DNA of 52,937 nt, filler included, from Catajapyx aquilonaris (taxonomy: Eukaryota): the NCBI GenBank assembly GCA_000934665.2. It is 3 parts of 3 records of this genome, joined end to end, with 100 filler letters (N's around TTAATTAATTAA, not from the genome) between each part and the next. Parts side by side here need not be neighbours in the genome. Positions count along the whole stretch, not along the records: positions 1 to 17,704 come from JYFJ02006924.1; 2 more parts are not named here. The stretch is one strand, 5' to 3'. Positions within the stretch are counted from its first letter, which is position 1. Every line of letters begins with the position of its first letter. The position numbers and the translations under genes were made by a program. Of the stretch, positions 1 to 12,089 are shown piece after piece. The notes under the pieces were generated by a model that made no database searches, had not been told where the DNA came from, and saw only the letters and a list, made by a program, of their open reading frames with translations.

Positions 1-67
1 TGTGTATTTTTTATGTTTAATTAGCTTGTTTCATGACATGTTCAGAAGAGCGTAATACTGTTCCCGA

Positions 68-100
<33 letters not shown>
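68..100. repeat. (ATT)n microsatellite
   Basis: About 11 perfect ATT units read directly. Confidence 0.95.
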
Positions 101-580
101 TCATTTACTGCATTGGGACACCATATTATTGTAGTACCTTCACCGAACACTGATTCAGGAACACACTGATAGATAGGCAGGTTACTGGGTAATGCACTGC
201 CCAGAAAATCCACTTTTCCTGATGGGAATACTAGGTAATCAACATTGTTTACCCCAGCACCCCAGTTGTGAGCCGATTGTTGCTTCTCACCATGAACTGG
301 TTGATGGGGAAAACAATTCGCCACCTCCCGCCTGCACTCCACTCCTGCGCAATTTTGTAAGCCCAACTAAACGCTTCAACAAACAACATGGTACTGTTTA
401 CATGTCCGTGGTAAAAACCTGTCTAAAAACGAATGCTTCATGGCCAAAGGTTGACTTACGCAACGTGAAGGACTGCACGCTGAAGGGCAACAGCTGGAGT
501 CCAACAATGGAGACGATGAGGACGAGGAGCGTGGCGGGCAGCATTATTGCGACCTCTCCCTGTTCTAGGCCTCTCCTGGA
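101..580 (-). mobile_element. Possible highly decayed non-LTR retrotransposon (RT) fragment
   Basis: Minus-strand pieces such as 'TGFYHGHVNSTMLF' loosely resemble the LINE RT 'GF..G.ST...LF' region. Heavily frameshifted. Confidence 0.25.
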
Positions 581-1558
581 ATGAATTTAATTTTATATGT
601 ACCCTTGCTAATGGGTATTTTTTTTATTTCTTTCTTCTTTCCCCCCTCCCCCCTCCTCCCCTTTCCAGTGAATGGCCAGTCTCTCGGAAAAAAGAGATAT
701 GTGCACGTATATAATAATGAAAGGTTTGAATTTGGACAAAGGCATTTTTTTATTTACTTTTCTTCTTTTTGCATGACCGCAAATAGCAATTAAGTGCATT
801 GTGTGTTAGTCCGACAAGCTTGCGTTTCGAAGGTTGGCCGTGAACACTTCTCGGGTTGCATAACTGGCCTGGCTATCTATTATTCGCAGTTTTTGTGGCA
901 CTCTAAACTGGCTTCATCATCGCTGCGGTGTAGCAAGTTTGTTATTTAATATTATGATGTCTCCAAGGGCTCGACTGCTCTGATGCGTGCCACGTGCTGC
1001 ACGCCTGACACATCAGTTGTTATCCTTCAAAATTGATTTTTTTTCTCATTTCTCTTAGCTTCAGGGTAGCATTTGATAAACGTTCCATATCGAACTGCCT
1101 GTAGTGATCAAATATTAAAATAATGATTTCAAAACTGCATCATTTTTTGTTTCGATGCTAGGATTTATAGTCGCTGGAGTAATCGTTTATATAGTGAACT
1201 CTTGAATGGAAAAACAAGGGCACATTCTGACGTACTATATCGCTCAAAAAGATAGAGACGATTGGCATTTGATTCAAGTGCAAGTTGCACTTGAGTCAAA
1301 TGCAAAATCGTCTCTATCTTTTTGGGCGATATAGTACGTCTAAGGTATCCTTGATTTTTTTGGGGTATATGCAAGGATATATTATGTACATGTCAGATCG
1401 AGTAGCCTGTATATGTTTCATATTAAGTAGCATAGGTGTTATTATAAAATAATACACTCTATTAGGCAGGTAATAATAATAGAAGGCCGCCAGTGAAATT
1501 ATTTGCATCGAGTTGATATTATTAATTTTTATTATCACTGCTCCCAATTTGCTGTATT

Positions 1559-1818
1559 AATAATGGATACCCCGTGATAAGCCTCCTTGGGCTTTTTATA
1601 GGGATCATCTTTTGAAGTGACCGACTTTAATCATTGCCTTTGCTGTGATGGATTTTGATAGTGGGAGGAAACAGGAGAACCCCGAGAAAACCCACACGAA
1701 CACGGAGAGAATAACTCTATCCACATAAACATCCTCCGTCCGACCCGGGGATCGAACTCGGGACCTTATAGAGGTGGAAGGCTGTGGCGCTAACCACTCG
1801 GCCACCGTGTCCCCCTTT
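1559..1818 (-). mobile_element. tRNA-derived SINE with V-domain-like core
   Basis: Minus strand has A box TGGCCGAGTGG, B box GAGTTCGATCCC and core GTGGGTTTTCTCGGGGTTCTCCTGTTTCCTCCCAC. 13-bp TSD AATTTGCTGTATT at 1546-1558 and 1819-1831. Confidence 0.85.
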
Positions 1819-2315
1819 AATTTGCTGTATTGTTAATTAATTGTCTTCTATTAAATATTAGGTCAAATTCCTACCCAAATAAAACTTCACAAAAATATTA
1901 CATTATAGTGCATAAAGCAAAAAATATCATTAATAAACATAAAGTGTAACTCCATACACTACTTTCATAAAATACTCGTAATTGCGAGGAAATAATAAAT
2001 TGCGAGGAAATAATAAATCTACGTAACAAATACAAATGATGAATAGGATTAATGAAGTAAATAATGTATAAAAATATAACAAACAATAGGGTAGTTAGAC
2101 GCGCAATAATTAAACGATTGAAAATAATAGCTATTAATTAAAGTGTTCATGTTTTATTAACGTTTTCTGTTAATTTTGTTAACCTGATTTCTTTTTTTGG
2201 TACAGCATTTATTTCATAGAGGTCGCAATATATAATAATTATCATGCTCGACGTCCAATCTGATTTACATTCAGGTTTCGTAAATGGAACCGGCGCGGCG
2301 GCGGAGAGTTAATCG

Positions 2316-4793
2316 CTATTTAATCAGGTACTGATGTCCGGCCAGGTCCGTCAGTTTTATCTTGGCCATGACCCCGTTGACTATATCCGTCTGAACCAGT
2401 GAGAAGCTCCTTTCCACGGAAGGTCTCATTTCCTCCACTATGTCGTCCTTCGCATTCTCAATGAAAGCCAGTCCCGCTTCCTCTGGAAGTGGACAAAATA
2501 TAATTAATTGGGATATTCATTCGTTAGTGCAAACAGGAATCACCAGAAAGGCAAACAGAACCTCCAAACATCATAGTTATAGGCCCGCTACATGTAAGTA
2601 AAATTAAAAATTAAAATGTGTTGCGAATAATTGACAGGGAATAAAAAATAAGTCGCCAAATTAAGAATTCTTAGTTATAAATGTGCATAAAATATGTAAG
2701 CTACAGTTCAAAATTACTTGAGATGATGTAAGGTCTAATGTACTTGGGCAATGAGCCGCCCTGTAGGGTGTATACAATCATAGTCTTTCAATGAATGACG
2801 CAAAGTCCTTGAGCGGATTACGCACATCTCATTAACGGCTGGTTGTTACCACCTCGTTAAGATGATTTATTGCTTGGGAAAATGGAAGGATAAAGAGCAT
2901 TTCCCAGGGGGGGCTCATAAAACTATTATAGGAGCCCCCCCCCCCCNTGCTGCTCATCACGCAAAGTAGGAGGGAATAAGAGTCGTCACTGGCCTGGCTT
3001 TAACATGCACCGTGAGGCGGTAATGAAATGACAAAGTGAACAATCAAAAGGGTGGGAATATTTTCCTCCGCTTTTTGCTCTACTTGAAGGAGTCAGATGT
3101 AAATAGTTTTACAATGTGAAACGGATGAGTCAGACGAACAATACAGTAAATAGAGAAAGATAAGAGAGGCACAATTATTCTGGCTAAATTAAAAATGGAT
3201 TCTTAAACCCTAATTATGAATTTATTAATCGTATGCACCTAATAAAGCAAATATAAACGTGCAAAATAAAGGTACAGGTTATAGTTGCATGGAGCGTACG
3301 TAAACGAGGGGTCAAAATAATGTGATTCTTGACCTTAGTCCTTGATGTGGGCATACCGTACTACGTAAATACGTAATAAACCTATAATACTTACGCAGGA
3401 TGGGATCCCCGTCGAAGAGGTTGTTGAGACGTATGGCTAGGCTGTCGTAGTTGAACGAAACTGTTGTTTCCTCCTGTTGGAAGTGAGGCTCGCCGTCCAC
3501 CTCCTTGACTGCGAATCGGGTGTGACATATGACCTTCACGTCACCTGAAAGCAGCAACACTTTGGTTGGGCGCACTAGGCTCGACTGAGTTGGTCGAACC
3601 AGTCAAAAATGGAATTTTAAAAATGCGTCCTCTCCATAAAATTGCTTAGAATAAATAGTTTGAAAATAATGTAGTGGCAGAAGATGCCAAGTTTCATGAC
3701 ATAATTTGCTTTGCAGTGTCTGACTGGCCCTCCCTGGTTTCGTCTGGGAGAATGGTATACTCGAGAGCGACTGACTGAATCTGATCCATCCAGTTCCGTT
3801 TCCTTTGAGAGGGAAGAAGAAGAACTGTGCGTCCAGGAAGTACCGTCCCGTGTACAGGAACTCTCCCACGGAAGCCGTCCAATCGCAGGACATGGAGTCG
3901 TAGTCGATCCTGAAACATATGTTGCGGTTTAACAAACCTATATCATAATATAGTACTTGTGTCATTGAAATGCAGCATCACTGTTTCTTTTCCTGTCTGT
4001 GCGAGTGTTGCAAACTTACGATAGTTCGTCGAGGTCAAATTCCTGCAGGCCCTTGACCTTTCCGTTGCTGATGACCGCTCTGACGTGATTCTCGCCGTAA
4101 GTGTCGTCGAATGACAGGTCGGCGACGTCTACCGCCTCGTCGACCAACCCCAGCTCAGGGATACCTGGAAAACAGCATATATATTAACAGCGTTTCCGTA
4201 TCAATATATACGAACGAAACACTGAACGTGACCGAAAAACGAGGAGATTGGCAAATCACGTGTGATTCCAGTACACTTTTTCTCATTGGGCAGCAGGATA
4301 AATGAGGGTCGATGATTTCTGCACATGCCCTTGTGTCCCAGGTTAATAAAAATTTCAACACTATATCCGCCGTGATTTGGCTCACGTTATAGATCAACGA
4401 GAATTATTTAAATATTATGCTTATGGCAATATTATAGGCTACGTACCGTCTATTATGAGTGGTTTCAGTTGCTTTACTTGTTGTATGACGCATGGTTCAA
4501 TTTCTTCCCTGGCAATGTTCTGACAACTCTGGAAAGTTTCCTCTGAAAATGAATGCGATTACATACGGTATATATATGCTAAGATCACGGACAAATAAAA
4601 AATGGATTTAGAAATAATATCAAAAACGAATTTACAATATTTTGAACGAAAATAAGAAAATGTTTAGAAAAACACTTGCAAAAGCTTGCAAATAATTATT
4701 TAAGATATTTGTTTTGGTCATATACTCACGCAGAGTAATGCAGGTCACTTGCGAGCATATCACAAGGCATAGGGTTACCAGACACAGCTTCAT
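2316..4793 (-). CDS. Takeout / haemolymph juvenile-hormone-binding protein (JHBP) family, paralog 1, ~251 aa, secreted
   Basis: Six GT-AG exons: 4793-4730, 4542-4447, 4164-4020, 3909-3776, 3544-3395, 2482-2316 (756 nt, open). Signal peptide MKLCLVTLCLVICSQVTC, N-terminal Cys pair (FQSCQ..EPCV), motifs GIPELGL, YTGRY..PLKGNG and LNNLFDGDPIL. Confidence 0.92.
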
Positions 4794-6768
4794 CTTCGGA
4801 TCCACAGTTGCCATAAACTGCAACTGCTGACTGAAACGTAACATGTATATATACCTTCCTTCATATTTATAATTATTACACCTCGGAGTCACGTGTGCAT
4901 ATGTTCTGACAGTTTGCGTTTTGAAGGCTGGATATGATTTTTTTGCAGGTTCATTTCGCGAAAAAACTACGTATCCGTGAAACCATATAGGCCTGCATGT
5001 CTGAAAAGGTCTCCATAAATTAATTATGCCTGCCAAAAAAATCTCTGCATAAAACCGGACATGACATATGAAAGGGCTATGAGCATGCTCAATGTATAAA
5101 TCCTGCTGACAGACTGTGTAAGTACCCTAATAATTTGTCTTAAATGAGTGGCAGATTAATTAATTATGCACTTATCACTGTTGATATCCACTGGACGTAA
5201 CTAAACAGTTAGCGTGATCTTTTTTTACGCCAGTCCAAATCACTGCTTTTTTCTGCAATGAGTAGGCTACAGTAAAACTCGGTACTTAGGACAGATGCCT
5301 GCGTAATTAGCTCGAATGCCGTGCACAGCATTATTGCATGCAGGCGCTATTCGCGCGATTTTTTTGCGCAATTCACCCAAATTAAGAGAGGGGGAAAAGG
5401 CGTGAAATAGTCGACATTGTTGCCACGATGAGTTATACAGTATTATGCAATCACCGGCAATCACTGTATATTTCATGAGATGCTACTCGGAGTAAATACA
5501 TATTATTTCTAAAGTTTATCGTTAAGCACGCTTCACCAGATAAGTGAAACGAAAGAATAGTTCTTCATTTAACTATGCATTTTACTATGGCATCCCTACT
5601 TCTTACGTATACGGTAACGATACAAGGGTTTAACCACTCGACTTTCAAGTGTACACTGGAGTACCAAAGAGTACCAAGGCGTACCAAAGAATAAGGTACT
5701 TAAGGAATACCTGGGAGTATACCACCGGAGTACTTGCGGTAACAGATCCAATGTGAAGCAGCCAATTGCGTAGTTTTTGGTTGACCAGAATGATGTGACT
5801 AGTATCAGGGTTGCAAATGTCATCATTGAAGTAATAGTGCCATCACCTACAACCTACATCATTATCCAAGCAATAATGTTGCGCAATGATTGGCATTTTC
5901 GGATACAGTATTCTGGGAACAATAGATGTGCAAAAATAAGGAATAGTGGTGTAAGACTTGGAATTATTCTGGTTGCATTTAAAGAAGAGAAACTGATGGA
6001 ACTATAGTTGCTTTTTTCTTCTTCTAAATGCACACTAAACCGCCTAATTTAGCGGGACGGAAATAGAAATGAACTGCAATGTGCATAGCAGTCTTGCTAA
6101 TTTCATCACTAAACTATTCATTCGATGTATTTGTTGCAAACTTTGACATATCGACAATGCAATAATTCGATCTATGGCGAAGATATTTTCAGAATACGGT
6201 ATGTATAACAGGCCGACTATTTTTTCAGTTTCATTATGTAAATGTTGGGTAGAAATCGTACAGACCTTTCCGTGATTCTGCAATATTCGCCGCCATCAGT
6301 TTGTTCCCACCTGAATCAAGATAAATGTGACAATGCCCCAAAACAGTTACCATTATCCATTATTATTATTAGCAAAGAGAACCTTGCAAGTGAAACCACA
6401 ACTTTTGACACACTTGTACGATTTATTTAATACATGTAATTAAATTTTTAAAGGGGTTTTAAGTATTAGTGTAACATTTTAAAACACTGCTAGTGTTATG
6501 TTAGCAGGCTCTATAGTAGCAGTAGCTGAGGACAACTTCTATAGCTAAAATAATGTCGAGATGGTTTGTTAGTTTTGTTTGCAATTCAAAACTTGGATTA
6601 TTTTAATACATCCTCCTTGCAATACTGAATAATATAAAGAGTACATTTGGTGATCACCTCCAAAACCGAAACCGTCTAATCGGATGGTCTGGCACCCTCA
6701 ACACTGTGTACAAGAAATCTCGCTTCCCCATATAATCTGATCAGTCAGTCACTCCTGCTCGGAGATGT

Positions 6769-8719
6769 TCAGAGATATTGATGTCCCGCGATATCCTTCA
6801 GCTCGATCTTGGCCAGGATCGGATTGACGATGTCGGACCCGACCTGGGCGAAGCTCCTGTCGATCGAAGGTCTCATCTCCTCCACTATGTCGTCTTTGCT
6901 GCTGCTTATGAACGCCAGGCCAGCCTCCTCTGTATAACAATCCATAGGTGGAAAGAAGAATGCATATTATTAGGATGTCTTTCCAGATTGGCTATAGAAG
7001 AAGAGTTGCTCTTACGCAGAATGGGGTCTCCGTCGAAGAGATTGTTAAGCCTGAGCGCCAGATTTCCATAGGAGAAGGTGACGATGCTGTCCGTCTCCTG
7101 CAGTCTCGGCCCTGCCTCTCCTTCCACTTCCTGCTGGACCTCGAATCTCGTCACGCCATTTAGCACCACGTCATCTGATGCAAAGAACACCAACAGTTAC
7201 CATCACTGCGACCAATCCACGGCTCTAAAATGCCGATTGTCTTATTACTCATTCGAATCCATCCTGTTCCATTGCCTCTGAGTGGGAAGAAGTAGAACTG
7301 GGCGTCCAGCAAGTACCGGCCAGAGTACATGTACTCAGGGAAGAACACCTTCCAGGAGCAGCTCTTGGCCTCGTAATCCAGCCTTTCATCAGATCATACA
7401 GGGACATTGCAAAGAAATAAAAATGCTTAAATAACGGTAAACCCAACCACTTATTGTCAATCAACCGACTTGATATCGTGAACGTCGAATTCCTGGAGAC
7501 CTTTGACCTTTCCGTGGCTGAGGGTTGTCCTGACGTAGTTGTCTCCGTAAGTGTCGTCGAAGGACAGGTCCGGCACATCTATGGGACCTGCTCCCAGGCC
7601 CAGCTCAGGTATACCTGCGGGAATCCAGTCATTTCAATCTCTCAGTTCGTTATGAGGGAATTATTTGTGCAGAGAGTTTCTCGGAACTCTATATTATATT
7701 CTCACTAATATACAACCCTGCTCCTGGTGTTTCAAGTTAATTGCGACCTGGGTCCTTGTCTTTCAAGATCATTATCAGGTAATGAGATTCTTACGCAAAG
7801 GCGATGTGAAATATAAGGACACGCATGCCAATCAGATTAGACTTTTTATTTGTGGGATGGATGTGACCATGCAGATTTAAAAGTTCTTCAAGGTTATGCG
7901 CCTCGTAAAAGTGCTTAATGCAGTTGCATTCACGTGCAACAATTTTTTGAAGTCGACTATTACCGAATAGTGTGCCATTATGACTCAGGTAATAGCTGGA
8001 ATTGGTTACACAGCCAAACAGCTACGTCACTCATGATATAGCGTACACTCGAGTCCAGACACATTCGTTAATATACTTAACTAAAAGGTTCCTCAGTCTT
8101 CAGTATAGACCAAATGTTGCCAATATTTTTGTCGCCCAACAATACTGATAGTTTTAATCCAACCTGATAATCTATTTTAGGAAGTGTATTATTTTGGCGG
8201 GAATGGTTCAACTGGTAGCGAAATAAAGGAGTGCTTAATGTATTCTGCTCTATAACACTATTCTACAAAATGAACTGACGGTCATGCTATATAAAGAATC
8301 TAGGGAACTGCAGTTATGCTTGGAAGAATTTCCCTGAGAGATGTTAAAAAAAATTAAATACGCGATGTCAAAAATAAAAAAAGGAACCTTGCATGCTGGA
8401 CGAGGTGGAAACACGCTCATGAATTACGCGCTCTTGGCGGTGTAGTGTAGTATGACGTAACCAGTTCGGAGTTATTTTGCCCGCAAAACTGCACGACTAA
8501 TTTTAATGTAATCTTGGCATCTCCGGCTTCGTCTAGGGTGCGGGATTTCCGACAGACAAACCACCCGGGGGAGCTCACAAAATGTCCACAGCCCCGACAT
8601 TGCACTTGCACATTGCACATCCCCTCCCAGTCACCCTGCCCTTTGACCAAGGGCCATTTCTACGTTGTCCAAACTAAAATGCACCAGCTTGACAAAAATA
8701 AAGGTTCGGCACTTCACCC

Positions 8720-8793
<74 letters not shown>

Positions 8794-10348
8794 CTTTGTT
8801 TCAAAATATTCACTTTGCGACCTAACCTTCGCCGATGAGTGGTTTCAAGTCGTTGATCAATCGCACGATGCAGGAATTCATCCCTTCTCGCGGAACATCT
8901 TGACACCTCTGGAACCCTTCCTCTGAAATGTATGAACAGTTAAAATTTGAAGCTGCTTGCCTGCATGTCGGAAATGCGAATTATATAGCTCGTAATATAT
9001 AGGAATTTCCAGATGAACGGAGAGAATGCATTGAACCCTTTTTAGATGCCCAGCAATCGAATTTTATCATTTTGACAAAAGGGTTTGTAAACTCCACTGT
9101 TTCAATACTATCTATATAGTCAAAGGAACCTCATTCTCAATTGCTTAATGAGCATAGTGTAATATTATTAATTGGGACGGATTGGGGGGGGGGGGCGTGA
9201 CAAGATATCCATATACATTATTTTCTTAGTAGAGGTTTGTATAAACTACGTAGTTTTATACACATTTTGAATATTTTTATACGTGCAGATGCAGAGGTAA
9301 TGACGATAATAATGTCACACTCACATGGAACTTTCCATATTATGTGATGCGTCACGTTCTCACCCAAAAACCTTTCCGATTTCGGAGGCATTCGGATTTC
9401 GGATTTAGGATAATTAATTCTCAACTGTACTGCACTAGTGGAAAAAAGTGTTATGATTTTTCTTGTGATTCGTTAAGTTATTAACTTTTCATGGTGTTAT
9501 GCCATTACAGGATCTGTACGTGCGTTCTAATTGCTTAATAATGACTATTGCACAGCTCTTTAAACGATTTCGTATGATGGCTGTGTTGGAAGTCTTTGCG
9601 TGACTATACACGATTTATGATAACAAATTAATTGTGGGGATTATTACGTAATATTGTAGAATGTTTCAGTGAAATGTTATGAACAGGGATGGAAAAAGAA
9701 CCGCTTCTTTGGGCGGTAAGCGGTTCTTTTTCTATCCCTGCACATGGAAAAAAGAAGCGCTTCTTGGAAGGAAGCGGTACTTTTTCCATCCCTGGTTATG
9801 AAAGCACAACCTGCAATTATTTGATTAATATCCCCTCCAGTGTGTATAAGCCTATACCAATAATAATCTAGGAGTATAGGAATGTTTCAGCTTGCATTTT
9901 TTCGGCTAAAACTAAGAAGCACTAAAAATTGCTAATTTCTTATTATCACGCAGTTACAGTACTTTCGAGCAGCTACAGCGAGAATATTAGTTGTCAATAA
10001 AAGAAATAGACGCATGTAATCACTGCAGATCAACTATGAAAAACGACGTGCATCAGTGACTGTGAAATCAGTTATTATTTAAAAGGATTGCGTTCACAGC
10101 TTACTCTACACTCCACAACCTACACAATTCACTATCCCATAGTTGCAATGGCAACAGTCAGAATAATAGGATTTAGCCTTGCATATAGAGTATATGAAAC
10201 GCTGCATAATGCATTGAAACAATATTAATTTGCATGCCCTGTGTTTTTTTTTTTAAAAAAAGGGGGTAATGAGCTTACTCAAAGTAATGGCGCTGACAAG
10301 TGATGGCCAACACAGAGCGAGCAAAAGCACTTGATGGTTGAACTGCAT
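6769..10348 (-). CDS. Takeout / JHBP family, paralog 2, ~254 aa, secreted
   Basis: Six exons with the same intron phases as paralog 1: 10348-10279, 8922-8827, 7614-7470, 7382-7249, 7174-7016, 6929-6769 (765 nt, open). MQFNHQVLLLALCWPSLVSAITL..FQRCQ..NSCI..GIPELGL..YSGRY..PLRGNG..LNNLFDGDPIL. In-frame ATGs also at 10357 and 10360. Confidence 0.9.
8517..8790 (+). mobile_element. 5'-truncated SINE (same family as 42395-42826 and 51275-51612) with (TTA)n tail, in intron 2 of JHBP paralog 2
   Basis: GCTTCGTCT..TTTCCGA..AACCACCCGGGGGAGCTCACAAAATG..TGCACATCCCCTCC matches the reverse complement of the other two copies. (TTA)n at ~8720-8790. Confidence 0.75.
9684..9794. mobile_element. 111-bp hAT-type mini-MITE
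   Basis: TIR CAGGGATGGAAAAAG..CTTTTTCCATCCCTG. Perfect 8-bp TSD GTTATGAA (9676-9683, 9795-9802). Confidence 0.85.
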
Positions 10349-10699
10349 GTGTATCATCATGATGAATGCTGCCTATTCCAAAGACTGGCAAAATATTGCT
10401 GAACTTCTCCCATTTTATTCAAAGCGAACCATTACCATGTTGCGGTAACTATGGGAATCTTCAGTATGTGTCTGTGCACGCATCGGCGAATAATTACATG
10501 GTTCATCTCCAATTCCACGTTGATGGGCGTGCTGGTGTTGCACAACTGAACTGCATCGCGAAGCTTGCCATGAAAAGCATACTACAGCAAAGTGCTAAGA
10601 GCCAAAAAAATGAGCAAAAATTATGCGTTTTAAATTGCTATCCGGCATTTAATTGCTACGTGCCATGAGTTTTTCTCTGATGCTAAAAAAACCAGTTTC

Positions 10700-10834
10700 C
10701 CATATGTCGTCGCAGTCAGTGCATAATCCTTCCCAGGGCGGCATCCCATTAAATTTAATTGGACGACAAAAAATTAAATGAGGCCTGAAAATACAACACT
10801 CGGGGTCATCACATGCCACTCGGATATTCATCAC
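10700..10834 (-). pseudogene. Decayed PHD-finger-like coding remnant, probably transposon cargo
   Basis: VACDDPECCIFRPHLIFC...PPWEGLCTDC follows the C-x4-C..H-x-C..W..C-x2-C spacing of a PHD finger. No intact gene around it. Confidence 0.4.
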
Positions 10835-12089
10835 TTAAAAGCCTTCACTTTTGAGAAACATGTGGAGGTCATACACCACTTGCCCAAGGTTTGCACCCGT
10901 TTTTGCGCGATCAACATACTATGGGAACACAATCATACAACACACTGTCATTGGAGGTATTACCTTCTGTATATTTCCTGTATCACTATGAAACACATTG
11001 TGCATATCATCCGTAGATTACATCATAAGGTTAGCAAAAAATCACTGAACGTTGCATGAACGTTAGTCACTGATGTATAGAGACGCGACAGCTGAAGATA
11101 TTGATGATATTCCCGCAAGAACATATCTGCACATTAGCAAAATTCCAAAGTCGCGTAGAATTTTAAAAGGGAGTGGACCATGGATGTTGACATCAATGAC
11201 ACAGGATTGCAATTCCCGCACTATATTGACATTGCGCCGACATGACAAACGTTTCTTTGCCGTCTTTGTTGTCCATCGTCAGCTATTCCTTTTCATTTTC
11301 CTTTGTTTTCACACCACCTCTGCGCCCAGGGCAGTGCCGGAGGATATTCCAGGAAAACAATGATTATTTTTTCGATTTAATGACCCTAAGTTAGCGTGCC
11401 TGATTCGTGAGTAACAGTGCGGAGAAGCCTACATAACTGTATCGATATTACTGAATCATATTGCATAATGTCAAGACACGCCAACATGATTGCGTAAGCA
11501 TCAGTGGAGGCCTATTCATGAATAGTAAAAGAGCAATCCATAGTTGGCTTTTGGTGAAGGAAAACCCCGACCTTGGCAGGCTCATCCTTTTCAGAATGCA
11601 TCACATTGTTTGAATGGCGGCCATAACATTGCATGTGACGACCAGTGTTTAATGATGAAATCATAACTTTTCGATGTCTTCATACATTGCAGAGGTAGCA
11701 CTCCCCCCCTGCGTATAATAAAAATCTTGAAAGTAATAATACGTGCTGGGTGACTGTAGAACTGACCAAACAAAATGACATATTTGGATAAGCTGCAATC
11801 AAGTAACTGAGACCAATATCTGGAAAAGCGATACTTTATTTACGGCGATAAATATAATAATAATTAAATCACATCTAGGATAAGCACCTCAGTATTAGAA
11901 CAACTCGTTTGAGTGATTTGGGTCTGATTCACATTGGCCGATATGTGTACGTAAGTAAACTGCATGACTCATGAAGCCATCAGTGATAATATCCAGTTCT
12001 TGTGACCCTTGCCATGTGCTTCCTCATTGGACATCCTGTTATTCGCCACGCATCACAGTGATTGCAATATTCCAGTCCAGGATCGCAGG

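Noticed and set aside
5655..5735. Repeated GAGTACC-type short motifs, superficially array-like
   Set aside because: Irregular and degenerate with no constant repeat-spacer period. Likely MITE subterminal repeats, and a eukaryotic context excludes CRISPR.
8514..8906. ORFs with poly-Ile or poly-Asn (also 31-366, and poly-Asp/Met/Ile at 20620-21060)
   Set aside because: Translations of trinucleotide microsatellites.
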